Positions 25,145 to 38,500 of a DNA stretch of 64,000 bases are shown piece after piece. Position 1 is the stretch's first letter. Each line of letters begins with the position of its first letter. Position numbers and translations under genes: made by a program. Below the pieces are notes generated by a model. The model did not search any database and had not been told where the DNA came from. It worked only from the letters and a program-made list of their open reading frames with translations. Source of the stretch: Thalia democratica (taxonomy: Eukaryota); assembly GCA_965202585.1 (NCBI GenBank), contig OZ241826.1:91636001-91700000 (forward strand), read 5' to 3'.

Positions 25145-25465
25145 ATTTAACCGATTGTTGTGCTTCGTGTTGGAAGTAAACCAAGAAATTCTACTAAAAT
25201 GTCAAAGTTAGTAAAAACATCTCTAATTAACATTCTCAGATGAGCAATAGTTTTTCTATCAGTGCACTCATGTTAACAGTTTGATTAAAGTCCTAATTTG
25301 ATTTATACGACTTTATAACCTTAATGAATTTCATAAACACCACTTCTTGTTGTAATTAAAGATTAAACAAAAGTTTTTCCTTACCGCCAACATTAATTCT
25401 TTAAAAAGTTTTCAACTATAAACGGTATCTCATTTTAAGTAATAAATTTTGCTACTTTATAACTT
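25145..25465 (-). pseudogene. Degenerate hAT (Charlie/SPIN-like) transposase fragment
   Basis: Minus-strand translation gives YKVAKFIT*NEIPF... and HECTDRKTIAHLRMLIRDVFTNFDILVEFLGLLPTRSTTIG*. These resemble the hAT SYKVA..IAK...PF and DESTD...AQL.IFIR.V......EE.L.L.P...TT.G segments, with stops and frameshifts. Confidence 0.5.
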
Positions 25466-26499
25466 AACATTTTTTTCTGATCATTCTGTAGTTACTGAAG
25501 GTAATCATGTGCTTTGTTGGAACTGACTTTGGTGATTTAATTTTAATTTTTCTCGCAATAACTCCAAACTAATTTTATTTTAAGCTCGTCTTACATTTTA
25601 CAATTACTATTTTTACATGAAATATTTATATTGCAGATAAAGAATTGCTATAATGTTTAATAAAAAATAAGTTTTTCTACTTCGCTAATGACTCAATAAA
25701 GTTTTATACTTTTGTTAAATTTGTTTAAGAAACTTAACTATCCATTCCAGCTAACTTATATTTTTTGGCAAGTAATTTATTTACTGTTAATAACCTTCGT
25801 TATTTCTTTATGTTGTGAACTTTTTTTTAACTTGGTTGCTACACAAACAGGCTGTTATAAAAGCTTAAAATCTCAGATGTTTGTGAAACTTTTATTTCAA
25901 ACACTTTAAAGAAATCTTGCAATTTTTAGAATAGTTTTTATGACTGTAGTGTAGCTTACTAATTGTATTTTTTCTTGTTTTCTTACACTTTGTGTACTTT
26001 TTGATAATGACGATATTTTAACTAGGTATTTTAGCTTGATAACAACTATTTATTAGCTTTTTTAACTTTTAATAAACTTAGGCTGGTTTGATACAAGTCA
26101 GACATTTTTGCTTTTTAAATGGCAACTATTTAAAAGACTAATTACTAATAAAATATTTTATCAAAGTATTCGAGAATTAATTATCTTGAAGAATTTGTTT
26201 TAGCTTTCTGGAATACAAACAGGTAGAAATTTAATTAAGTTAACTGATCACTAAATTTTTAGTAAGTGTAAATTATTTAATACGCAAAAATTTTTTTTTA
26301 AGTTAATATTCTTGAAAAAACGGTTGATAATGTAACAAATGTATAAAAGTAACCCATAAATTGTCTTTCAAGTTAGGTTTTTATAGAGAGTTAGGTTGTA
26401 AGTAAAATTACAAAAATATTAAGTTTAACTTATTAAGTGCTTCTGAAAGTACATAGTTTATTAACACTTAAGTTTGTTAGTCAATGTAAATTCTATTCT

Positions 26500-27537
26500 A
26501 ATAAATATTAATTTAAATAAAAATTTTGTTATCACAATATGCATTGAATTATACTTCAAATTGTTACTCAATGAAAGATAAAAACCAGGAGTGCGCTTAA
26601 ATATTAAAAAGAAGTTTATATAAACCGTCTAAAAAACGACTTTAATCGTTATTTAACAAATAAATATTGTGGTCAACGCTTGTTTAAATTTTTTTATCTG
26701 GAGGTTATAATGTTAAAAACAAAAACGTTGGAAATACAGTAAATGAAATAGATGGAAATAATTTAAAAAAGCAAAATTTCTTTCTGCTATGACATTTAAC
26801 AGAACAACATCTGAAGCTGATTTTTTAAAAGAAGATGTTTACGTGTTTGGTGATCGTAACAGTGCAGAATATTTCGTAAAATCGGTTGAAAAATATTCAC
26901 CTTCTACTAATAAATGGAGTAAAGCAACTAGTGTGTTCGATAATCGTTTAAGATTTTGTGCTTGTGTATTTATGGATAAAATATATGTATTTGGAGGTTA
27001 TTGCTGTCAAAACTATAAAACAATGAATTCTTGTTTACAGTTCCATAAAGAAGACGAAATTTGGAAAACAATCACTGGAATGAAAAAAGACAAGGGGTAA
27101 TGCAGCTTGTGTAGTGTTTCAAGGAAGTACTTTAGTTTCAGGTGGAATAAATGAGAATGGTGATTTTTTGAACCTTGTAGAATCATTTGATGTATTTGCA
27201 AACAAATGGTCAACAATGCCTAATACGATAAATAATCACTGTTTCCATAATTTAGTTGTTGTAAAAGATAATTATTTGTTATTGGCTATGAAATAAACTG
27301 TTGTGAAGTGTTTGACAATGTTTGTAAAAAATTTGTTTTTCTTAAGCATCCACCGAGTATTGATTACAATAACAAATTTGATTACCTGTGGCAATAGGTA
27401 ACAGAATTGTAGTTTTTCAACAAAAAAGATCAACAATACTTTGTTATGATGTTGATAAAGATGAATGGTTTGAAGAACCATGTCAAGTAACAAAAGATCT
27501 CCAAGATTTTTCTTGTGTGAAGTTTCCTATGTATTAA
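26500..27537 (+). pseudogene. Kelch-repeat pseudogene (same family as the gene at 32508-35188)
   Basis: VKSVEKYSPSTNKW, FCACVFMDKIYVFGG, AACVVFQGSTLVSGG, VESFDVFANKWSTMP and CYDVDKDEW...FSCVKFPMY* are colinear with the intact paralog. They are broken by stops and frameshifts (for example near 26600, 27100 and 27290). The 5' limit is approximate. Confidence 0.85.
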
Positions 27538-27595
27538 TTTATTTTTTAATATACACTAATTTGTCATTTTTAATGCTAATATTAAATTTAATTAC

Positions 27596-28424
27596 TTAAA
27601 CAAAGGGAACGACGTTTCACTTCACAGGGATCTTCAGGCCTACAAAAAAATAAGACAATTGATAAATACATAAAATAATGTACAACTGTTAATAAAACAA
27701 AAAAATTATTACGTCAATATAACATTATTATTTAAGTGAACAAAAAATAATTAAATTAACGAAAAAAATATTTAATGAGCAGTCTTAATACTTACAGTTA
27801 TTGATTTATTTAATACATAATTAGATGTGGCTTATAACAACACAAAACAAAATGGCCTTTAACAAATAAAACTATTAAAAACCTAAACAAGAAAAAAATA
27901 AAATCACATTAGGAGATTAAAAAACAATAACACTTGCTACGAGATAAAATGGAACATCATGCATAAGACTAAAGAAATAAAAAATATAGATAAGATTTGT
28001 AAAAATTGCTACCTGGAAAAGATTGAGATAGCACTTGCCAACAAAAAACGAAGTTTAAATAAAAGACAAGAACTTTTATACACTTGTTTGCATTTTGGAA
28101 AATTCTATCATAAAACTTAGCGTATTCATAACTATGATTTTATGCTGGTTAACTTTTATTTTTTAAAGACCTTTTTGTTTCGTGGTGTTATAAGCCACAT
28201 CTAAATCTGTATAAAATTTATCAATAACTGTAACTTTAAAGACTGCTATTTAAAATTTTTATTTCTTAAAATTTAATTATTTTTTGTTCACTTTAATAAT
28301 AATGTTATGTTGACGTAACATTTTTATTTTATTAATTGTTTTGTACTATTTTATTAAGTTATCTATCTTTTTTTTTTGCAGGCCTTAAAATCCCTGTGAG
28401 TTGAAACGTCGTTGCCTTTGTTAA
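27596..28424 (+). mobile_element. 5'-truncated Penelope-like element: GIY-YIG C-terminus flanked by inverted pseudo-LTR copies
   Basis: 27596-27860 is the reverse complement of about 28165-28424. The central part translates NHIRRLKNNNTCYEIKWNIMHKTKEIKNIDKICKNCYLEKIEIALANKKRSLNKRQELLYTCLHFGKFYHKT*, the C..C.LEK.EI....LNKR.EL...C.H tail of PLE endonucleases. Both arms carry a degenerate CTGAAGA...GAAACGTC hammerhead-like motif. Confidence 0.8.
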
Positions 28425-29584
28425 ACTAAATAATTTGATAATTAATTTTGTCTCCGAAATTAGTTTTGTCGAGACATTTTCTGCTTAAGGAATACTCCTT
28501 AGATATACCTTCTTTTAATGCTAATATTAAAACAGTATCTTAAAAGTAATCGTTTATGTATTGATGAAGAAATATTTAGATTGTAACTGAATGCATCTTT
28601 TGTATGCTCTTTCGTTGTTTTAATGTTAAGTGTTAAAATAATTTATGTTGAGTTTAACAAAATAGACTAAACCAACGAAGTGTGTTATTGCACAAAAAAT
28701 TACAAACATATGAATTTGTTATTTTTCTATATAACCTTGTATTGAGATAATACTAAAATATGTTGTTAGACTTTTTTTAGAGCTGCATGTTATTTATTTT
28801 TGTAAGCACACAATTTAAGTAAACAATGTTTAATTGTTTTAGAGTACTTTTTAATATTTTATAGTTCACATTGTGAAAAGTATTTTACACTTAAACCTAA
28901 TTTCTTATTAGTTTTTATTATTCTAACTTTTATAAAAATGACTTCCGTTTTTAAACAGTGTTAATTTAATAGTATACTATTTTTTTTTTTGTAATAAATT
29001 CATTACTCAATTTGTGTTGTCTGATTTATATAAAGTAGACTAAAATTGCCTGTAGTACTTTACTATTTGTAAAGGTAGTGTCTAAATAAAGTATATTTCA
29101 ACTAACAGTGTACCAACACCCATACCTACAAGTTTTTTAACAAAATGTAAAAAATCTTAAATTCTTAATTATTTATAGTTTTCAGCTAGAATTGTAAAAC
29201 TTATCGTTTACAGTGATTAAAATATTTATGAAATTTTTTATACTTTGATCTTATCTTAGATAGTAAGTTATAATATACCAAATCGTTTTTTTTTTCTTAT
29301 ATTTTTTATACATATAGTTATACAATATTAATTAGTTTTTGCTTATTATTTTTTTTTTAATATTTTAGGCATATGAACAAAATTTACTAGTTTTCGTCGT
29401 TATTTCACAGAATTAATTTACATAGAGCTTATTAAGTTACATTGCGAAAGTAGACCACAGTAAGCTAATGCAGCAGAGGATAATATTAATTAATACAAAA
29501 ACTATTTAAAATAAAATATATGAAAACTTTGGAGTTGTAAATATTTGAGTGAAAATTAATTGCTTTAGGCAAAATAAACATTTA

Positions 29585-30425
29585 CAGTAACCTCATGCAT
29601 CTTTACGCACTTGTGACGTTACGCACTCTCGTTTAGTTACGCATTTAAGAATTCTAAAAAATTCAAAAAAAAAAATTAATATTTCTTAATATTGACAAAT
29701 TAGGTTTGTTTTATATTTTTAATGTAAAATATGTTTTTAAATGCTATCTCACTTCACTATATCCTTAGACTTTGTAGACTTATGTTCGTTGACTAATTGA
29801 TAAATATTTAGTTATACCTATATTAGAAATTTTGTTAACAATAACAGTTTGAATTAAAATTCTGAAAGAAATGTGACTGTGTTAAATAATAAAAGTAAAA
29901 TGAAATAATAAAAGTTTAAAACACAAACCAATAATACAGCACTCTTGCCCTATATATGAACAAACATCTAAAAAAGAAATCTTATGAAACTTCCTAGCAA
30001 AAAGTAGCAGTGATACTAAATAAATATAGAGTTTATATTTAAAACAAATTCTTAATTACAAATTGAATTTGCTAAGTAGAACAGAATATAAATGTTTAGT
30101 ATCAAATAATTCATATAAAAATAAAGATAAAATCTACTTATTATTAAAATTAGTAAAAATTTTCTAAAAGTATTATTATTTTATATAAATTTAAATCCTT
30201 TTTCTAATATATGTATAGTTTTATGTTTTGTTTTTACATTTAGAAATAAACTAATCAAATTTTTAAAAAGTGAGAAAGTTTCCTGTCTGCTTTTATCTAG
30301 AAACAGTATCAAAAAACAGCCATTTTAGTAAGTATATTTGGTGCCTCTCGTATCTTTACGATTTCTCGTATCTTTACGCAGTTTTTCTGTAGAAACAATG
30401 TGCGTAAATAAGCGAGAGGTTACTG
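29585..30425. mobile_element. Tc1/mariner(pogo)-like MITE
   Basis: TA|CAGTAACCTC...ATCTTTACGCAC at the left and GTGCGTAAATAAGCGAGAGGTTACTG|TA at the right. TA TSD and repeated ATCTTTACG subterminal motifs. Confidence 0.75.
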
Positions 30426-32507
30426 TACCGGAGAATTAGCGAGCGTTACTTCTAAGCGCCAAGAATGCGGAAGTATATTTTGCACCAAGTCGAAATGACT
30501 TGCTCTCTCGTTTGCTCGGCTTGTAATAATTATCTAGGTTGCTTAAAAACTCATTAGGGCGTTTGTTGGCAAAAATGCTTGTAATTCATATGCGACTACA
30601 AGCGGTTATTAATATTTGTTCGAAATTATTTTTTTAAAAACATTTCCTCATCATCTGAGAAGTTAACAGTAAATATTCAATATTTTGTTAAATTTTACCA
30701 AAAATTTAAGTTTTAGACAATCAAATAATCAAAAAAACAAATCATATTTTAAATTTGAAACATTTTATAAATATAAAACTTATAGTAATTGATCAAAATC
30801 AATTTTTCGCTCGATTAAGTTAAATTTATAAGTTACTATTAAGTCTTTATTCAATTCAAGTTTTAAGTTTTTTAAAGATTTCTTTTAACAAGTTTTTTTA
30901 TAGAACTTGTTTTGCTACCCTTCAGTTTTTAAAAGTAGTAAAGTTTCATTTGAAAATGATTTGAAGTTAGCAATAAACGAATTAATTAACAAATTTAAAT
31001 TAAAAATTAAATAATTATTTAAGTAAAACAACAATGCTTTAAATTTATGATATAATGGTACCAATCATACTTTAACACACTTTAATAAATCGGGTAATAA
31101 AAGCTTTGAATAAAGTAAAAAGGCCAACTAACTCATTTGTTTAAAGGGAGTAATAATAATGAGAAGATTAACATTTAAATTTCGCATACCGAATCCACTA
31201 ATTATCATAAGTTTTTAGCAGTTTTCACACATTTATTATTATTGTTTCTACAAAGAACAGCGTTTTGCAACTGACCTTTGAAAAACAACATGCTATTTAA
31301 CTTATATGACAAATTAAATGTCTGAAGAAATAACCGCATATAGAACTTATAGGCTCCAAAACTCATCCTTAACATTAAAATTTAGGAGCTAAACCATATT
31401 TTCAACAAAATTTAAACATTTTATGGAGCCCATCTATTAAAGTTATCCCTAACAATTGACATACTACAATCAGTTTTCATTACGAGTAACAAGATTAGTC
31501 ATATAATATATTTCAAAGTTTTAACTTTTGTTTAATGAGCTTAAACATAAAATAAAATTACTTAAATGGTTAAAACTGGCACACAATAAATGCCGCAGAT
31601 TTTTTTAAAATCGATTTGTTTTTATTTAAGTTTGAATAAAGAATAACTTTTATTTTGATAAATTTTAAGTAAAGATTTAATAATCGAGATGATTTTGTTC
31701 AGAAATACATCTTTATTATTTTCGATTTAATTATCTGAACGTTAATTTTTTATTAAACTTACAAAACAGTTACAGTTAAAGTACACGGATACAGTTGAGT
31801 TATATCAAGCCGTACCTCCAGCAATATATTTTTACTAAATCAGTTTAAACGTTGACCAGTAAGTCCACGCATTCAGTGACATTAACTTAATACTTCTCTA
31901 GTTTGTTTCATCGTTATAACTTTTATTTATGCATGTTATTGTATAGATCAGGAAGCATAAGTCCCAATGTTGTGAAACAGTAAATTTTACGAGCAACCAC
32001 CAGTGAGAATACAACTAAAATCGTAAACTGCAAGAAACATTACAAAGTAGATAAACGAAAGCATGCTCAAGTATTTTTACTTCGTCTGATATTTGACTGT
32101 ATTAAGAAGCATATACAAACTTATTATTCCATACAAAATTAAAACTTATAAAGGAAATGAAAATAATTTTAAACAACTTCGCAATTAATAGCAGTTCAAC
32201 TAAAATGGAAACTACTGAAAGTCTGACTCGTGCCAAAACTGCCAAACCTATTCAGAGACAATTCCAGATAAAATATTCATAAGCAAGTAGCTCGGAGATC
32301 TTTAATTTTATTAGTTGTTATAAACTTCATGAAGAAATACTGATACATTGTATTTTTTTAACCAATGCTAAATCTGTTTTATTCGCTTTTATTACACAAC
32401 TATGAAAATTATACTATATTTAACATGTAGTTAAAATCGCTATTATAACTATATGAAAAAATGTAAAATTTTACTTATCAGTACACAATAAGATTCATCA
32501 AAGTATT

Positions 32508-35188
32508 TTAATACCAAGGTAACTTCGCACAAGCAAAATGTTGAATATATTTTGTTACTTCACACGATTCTTTAGACCATTCATCTTTATCAACATCATA
32601 ACAAATCATTAATGAACTGTTATCTTGAAATATTACGATTTTGTTACCTATCGAAATAGCTTTATTTAGATCTAAAAAAGGACATGAATCAAGAGCAACA
32701 AATTTCATACAGACATTGTCAAAAACTTCACACTTGTCTCTTCCATAACCAATAACAAACAATTTATCCTTCACGGTAACTAGACTATGAAAACTATGAC
32801 GTTTTATCGTATTAGGCATTGTTTTCCATTTATCAGCAAATACATCATATAATTCTACGGAGTTCAAATAATCATAACCATCCATTCCACCAGAAACTAC
32901 AATATTTCCTCGAAAAACAACACAAGCTGCAGATGATCTTATATATTTCATTCTAGCTATTTCTTTCCAACTTTTGTCTGAAAAATATTCTTTTCTAGTA
33001 TCAAACTGTAAACAAGAGTTAGTTGTTTCTTTGTTTTCATTAAAAAAACCTCCAAAAATATATATTTTATCCATAAATGCACAAGCACAAAAGTATCGAC
33101 GTTTATCAACCATATTAGTAACTACCGTCCATTTATTATTAGAAGGTGAATATTTTACAACTGACTTTACCAAATTAGAAGCATTATCGATACCACCAAT
33201 AACGTAAACTTCTCCTTTTAAACAAACTGCTTCGAAATGTTTTCTCTCAATTGCCATTGAAGGTAGTCGTTTCACGTTGTTTAGTTGATTTCCTTTAAAT
33301 TGGTGTATAACCCTGACAATTTTATTGATTTCACTATCGTAACCACCACCTAACAATAATTGAAACTTATTTTGAATACAATACCTATTTGTAGAATAAC
33401 TTATTATTCTATTTTGATAACTTGTTTCTTTTTTAGTCAAAACTTCATTCAATACGCTTATAAGTTCATTTTTCTTAGAGAATGATGAATGAAACTTTGA
33501 TAAGCTATATTTTAATGCGTGTTCTGACAGCAAAGAAAATCCGACTTTTAGTAACAATTGTTTTGCATATTTGCTACATTCTTCACAGTTGTGTTTCAAC
33601 CAAGTAATTACAGCATTAAGTATTTCAACTTCTGAGTGAATATTCAATTCATAACTTGAAAGTATTTTTTCAACAAGACTAAAGTCTAAGTCTAAATAGT
33701 TTTGAGTTTTAACAACCATAGGAAAACAACGTTCTATGTAAACTAAAGATGACTCATAAACAGTGGATAGTTTGTAAAGTTTAGCTAAAGTATAAATTGC
33801 CAGAACATTTTTCTTAGTAATTTTGTCTTTAATGCAATTATATTTCTCATGAATTACATCTTCATTTAACATCAACTTATTTAGTTTTAAAGCTACTGAT
33901 AAGTCAACTTCTTCAATCCTTGTTTTATCTAAAGAATACAAACACATATATAAATCTCTAATTTTTAAAACCTCGGTGTATTTGTAAAGATATATATAAA
34001 ATTTATTTTTTTTGTAGTAAAATATCAAAGTTTTAAATTAATATATGCTATCTAGTTGGTCTAAAACAATGTTTTTAATATAGAAACAAGCTTTTCAAAA
34101 TTAGTAAGAGGTTTTAATAATAAGCTTAATTAAAAATAAAATAATCCATATGTAAAACATGACTTTGAAATACATGTATTGAAAATTAAATATGTTTTTT
34201 AATTTAATATATTCAAATTTTTTATCGTTATTTTTTTTTTTAATTATTTAATTCAAAATATTTTACAAATATGTATATTATTTGACTCTCTTATCTTTTT
34301 TTTTTAAGATTTAAAACATTTATGATGAATATACATTAAAACAAGATTTCATAAATAACATCTTATTTGAAAACTGATTTTAATGTTTTTTATTTTAGTT
34401 TTTACTCAGTTTTACTGCAGAAATACCGCAAACAACGTGATTTTATTGAAAATATTTAAAGAAAATGACTACATCTCAAAATTTTGACAGATTTTAGTTT
34501 TAAAAATTATACTTTATTAATTATAAATAGTTTTAAATTTAATCTTTTACATAAAATTAAATTCTATCATTAATATATATCACTCAGTTCGTATATGCCC
34601 TTATTACCATTTAGCTCACATTAGCTTAAATTTTTTTTTTGTAGTAAGTTACAATATTCTAAACTTTTAAGCACCTTTCTATAACATCGAAAAAGTAATA
34701 TTAAGATTCTTTTTACGAAAATATAACCTTATAATAATAACCTATATACCGTTTAAATCACTTATATTTATCTAAATATTTTTTTTAGTTGTTTAAAGTT
34801 TTCAAAATTTTAAAGCACTTTAAAAAAACATCTATGAAGTGTTATTAATTTTTGTTGATCAAAACTGGTAACTTTTTCTGAGAACTTAAAAATTACTTTG
34901 GTTAGAACATAAATCTTACAGAATAAGAGAAAAGTTTTAAAATTAACATTAAAAATAAGATCAGTATTAAAATATTTTCTGAATCATCTTACCTCTACTG
35001 TTGAAAGTATTGAAAGTTCGTACACTTTTATCATCTAATTGTTTCGTTAAAATTTCTATGCATTTGTTTTTAAAACTATCAACTATTGAATTTATACAAG
35101 TTCCACCATAACTTGTTATATCTTTATGGTTGTTTTCAACTTCTATCACTTTAACATCAATGTGGTCCTTATTACTTTCACCCAACAT
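32508..35188 (-). CDS. Kelch-like protein (BACK + Kelch repeats, divergent N-terminus), two coding exons, about 538 aa
   Basis: Exon 1 35188-34993 (ATG, donor AG|GTAAG, phase 1) joins exon 2 33928-32508 (acceptor TTCTTTAG, phase 1) in frame, 1617 nt in total. BACK: IERCFPMVVKTQNYLDLDFSLVEKILSSYELNIHSEVEILNAVITWLKHN. Kelch GG...Y...W repeats: VYVIGG, KIYIFGG, IVVSGG. The listed ORF start at 34028 is a TTG in intron sequence. Confidence 0.85.
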
Positions 35189-35599
35189 GACTTAATAATG
35201 TACTTTTAACTTGTTATAACAATTCTAAACATGGTATTTAATATTCAGCTACTTTTATAATAGTTTTTTTTTTTTAAATTTAGAAAATTATTTAAATCTA
35301 TTAGTTAATAACGGATATAAGTTTGAAGATAAATATTTTAATGCCAGTAAATCGAAATGTAATTTAAAAAAATCTAAAGTTAAGTTTAGTTATTTTAATC
35401 TTTTATTTTAATGTTTTGTATAATCCGTAACTACTTTATTATTGGTAATTTTATAAATGAAATGTCAAAAAAATTAAGTTTTAAAACATTTATTGTTGCT
35501 AAAATATGATTTATTATAAAACTTGGAAAAACTATATCAAATTTATGATGTATAAAAAAAGACTACGATTTTTATTAACACTTAAAATAAAACTAAATT

Positions 35600-38500
35600 A
35601 TCCTTAATAATACCAAAATGGCTTCATTCATCTTAATTGTATAAGATGCATTTAGCCTTACTCAAAAAAAAAGAAAAGTTATCATTAGTATCTAACCTAC
35701 TTTTATGATTTTCTTCAAGCTCTACTAGCTACAACTGAAGTTATTGTAATGGAATTAAACCTTTATACCCTGTTTTTATTTAAAAATTCACTATTCAAAA
35801 AATAATTACATTGCCACCAAAATTTAAATTAAAACAGATGTTGTTATTTATTAAGCATTTATTTAGTAAATATTGTTCCAGAATACTTTTTTATATGGTA
35901 GACTTCAGAAAATCAATCATAAAAATCCTCAGCTAGTTTAATTTGTTTTTAGTTATCCTGTTTTTTAGTTGCTAATTATCCTTAGATATCTTAAGTTACC
36001 CTGAGAACTACAAAAATTTCAAATTGTTAAAAGTAGAACTTGTGGCAAACCTGATTCAAGTTGTTGCTCTCAGCTTTAATTGCTGATTGCATTGCATGAC
36101 ATCAAGATTTGATTTCTTGTTATTTCTATATTCACTAATCAAAAAATCAGTAAAATACTATTGATTAGAGTCATCCTTAAATATACAATATCAAATTTTG
36201 ATAGTTGCCAAATTTGTTTGAGAAATTCACTAATTAGCTTTTTAAGCATTCCAACTTTAGTTTTTAAAATATTTCGTCATGGTATTACAAAATTTTTTAA
36301 TATAAAATTAAATCAAAGTGTTTTAACTGAAAAAACTAAAACATTCTTTGATATAAAAAGAAGCTCGATATCTTCTAAAAATCTTAGTATGAGTCTGTTA
36401 TAAAATAACTAACTGGCCAAAGTCATCCTGAGTTACTTTAAAAAATTTGAAATAAGCCTGATTTATTGTAAATTTCTTATATTAAAAAAAAATAAATATA
36501 GTCTTTAATTTTCTGAGTGTGTGGAAACCTTGCTTTAATCTGTCCTGAGTGACCTTAAAATGTCTTAAGTAATTCTGATTATTTTTAATTCTTCAAATAA
36601 TTTCCAACTAAATTTAAATACAATCTATTAACTTATAAATTCAAAAAAAAATTGGAAAAAACTTTGTTTTATAATATAATAGTAAATTTGGAACAACAAT
36701 TTCTCATTAATAATTAAGAAAAATAGACTATAATTTTCTCAAACTCACAAAAACTACCTGGATTTCTTGAAGATATTACCAAACTGGTCTAATACACTTT
36801 GAGTATTAAAAATAAGCTAGCCTAAGTTACCCTGAGAATAATATATTTTGAGCTATTTTGATATATCCAAAATTATTTTATAAACTTCAAACTATATTAA
36901 GATTTTCAAGTCACCCTGAAGATTTTAAATATTCCAATATGTTCTGAATTATAATTACTTATTTTATCTTAATTTAGTTTTTACCTTAGATATCTTGAGA
37001 CACTTTGAGATTTAAAAAATTCCTGAGTATCTTTGGCTTGTGGCAACTCTTGTTGAATGGCGTTAGTCTTTGTTTTACATTACACAACTGATTGCTTTGT
37101 ATAACAATAAGTTTCATTTATTGTAATTTAAATATTCACTATTTAAAAAAACTTTACAATACCCATGAGCACTTTTTGCAACATATATGCAGTTTTTGAC
37201 CTATAAGTTTATTTAATGAAAGGAATTTTCACATTTAATTCTTTTTAATAATAGTAGCAGAGACTCTAGGTTATAGTCTGACATACTTGTAAATATTTTT
37301 AGTAAAAAAACTGTCTTAAATAGTATGAAAACCTTGAAAAGATACTTGAAAGCTTTTTTGAAATGTGTTTTTAATTAAAGAAAAATAATAAGAACATTAT
37401 CTGTATGATAGATTTTCTTGTAAAATAAAACATTTTCTAATTAAAATTTACAAGTTGTTTAAAATTACAGGTTTTTTAGTAATTTTTGTTCAAGTTTCTC
37501 AAATTCCAGGTTTTCACAGGTTTACTAGCAAAAAATGTAAAATTCTAGATTTATCACGTTTCTTTTTCTTTAGCAACCCTGTATAGTTGTAACTAAAACT
37601 AATAATAAATTTTCAAATTACTGGTAAATTTAGTTTATTATCATAATTTTTGTGTCCTTTAAATAAGTTAAAACTAATGACATTTAAATCTTCATTTCGA
37701 AAAAATTAGGGTTTTTTTTCGAAATTAAGTTATACTTTATTATTTAAAACAGTCTTCAATCCTTAATCAGATTTGAAATTATTAGAATTGCCACTTTTAA
37801 GTCCAAAAAATTACCCTTATAGACGAAATTTATTTTGAGTTATCTTATAAGATTGGCAACTTTGATGGAATCTTTAATGAGAGAACTATGAGTCATCCTG
37901 ATTTACGTTTAATCTTTTCAATCCATAATAAATTTTTTTGTTAACCTAAAAAATATAATATTAATAAAAACTAAGTTTTTGAACATTAAACCTTGCTATA
38001 ATATATTATATTATAGAATTTAGAACAACTACATCTAGTTTATAATGTATTAAAAAAGACTAGAATCTTTAATAATTTATAAATTAAAACTGAAATATCT
38101 TTATCAACACCTTACTGGTCTTATTCATCCGAAATATATTAAACAAATCTAGCTTTAGTTACCCTAATTTAAAAAAAAAATAAATTATCATGAGTATCTA
38201 ACTTTTAATCAACCCTATTTAAATGTTGTTTTTTTAAGCTCTACCAGCTACAACTGATTTTATTGTAATGGCATTAAAATTTTATATCCTGTTGGAATTT
38301 AAATATTCACTATTCAAAAAATCATCATATTACTACCAAAGTTTAGTTTAACACAGATGTTGTAATTTTTAAAGCATTTATTCAATAAATCGTTTTTCAA
38401 CTTGATTTTAATGGTAGACTCTAGAAAATCAATCATGAAAATCAGCAAACTATTAGTTTTAATTTTACTATTTGTTCTCCCTGCTTAATATCCTTTGATA

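Noticed and set aside
33929-34028. Listed start of the 506-aa Kelch ORF
   Set aside because: It begins at TTG in low-complexity AT-rich DNA. A phase-matched acceptor at 33928 and upstream exon 35188-34993 explain the gene better.
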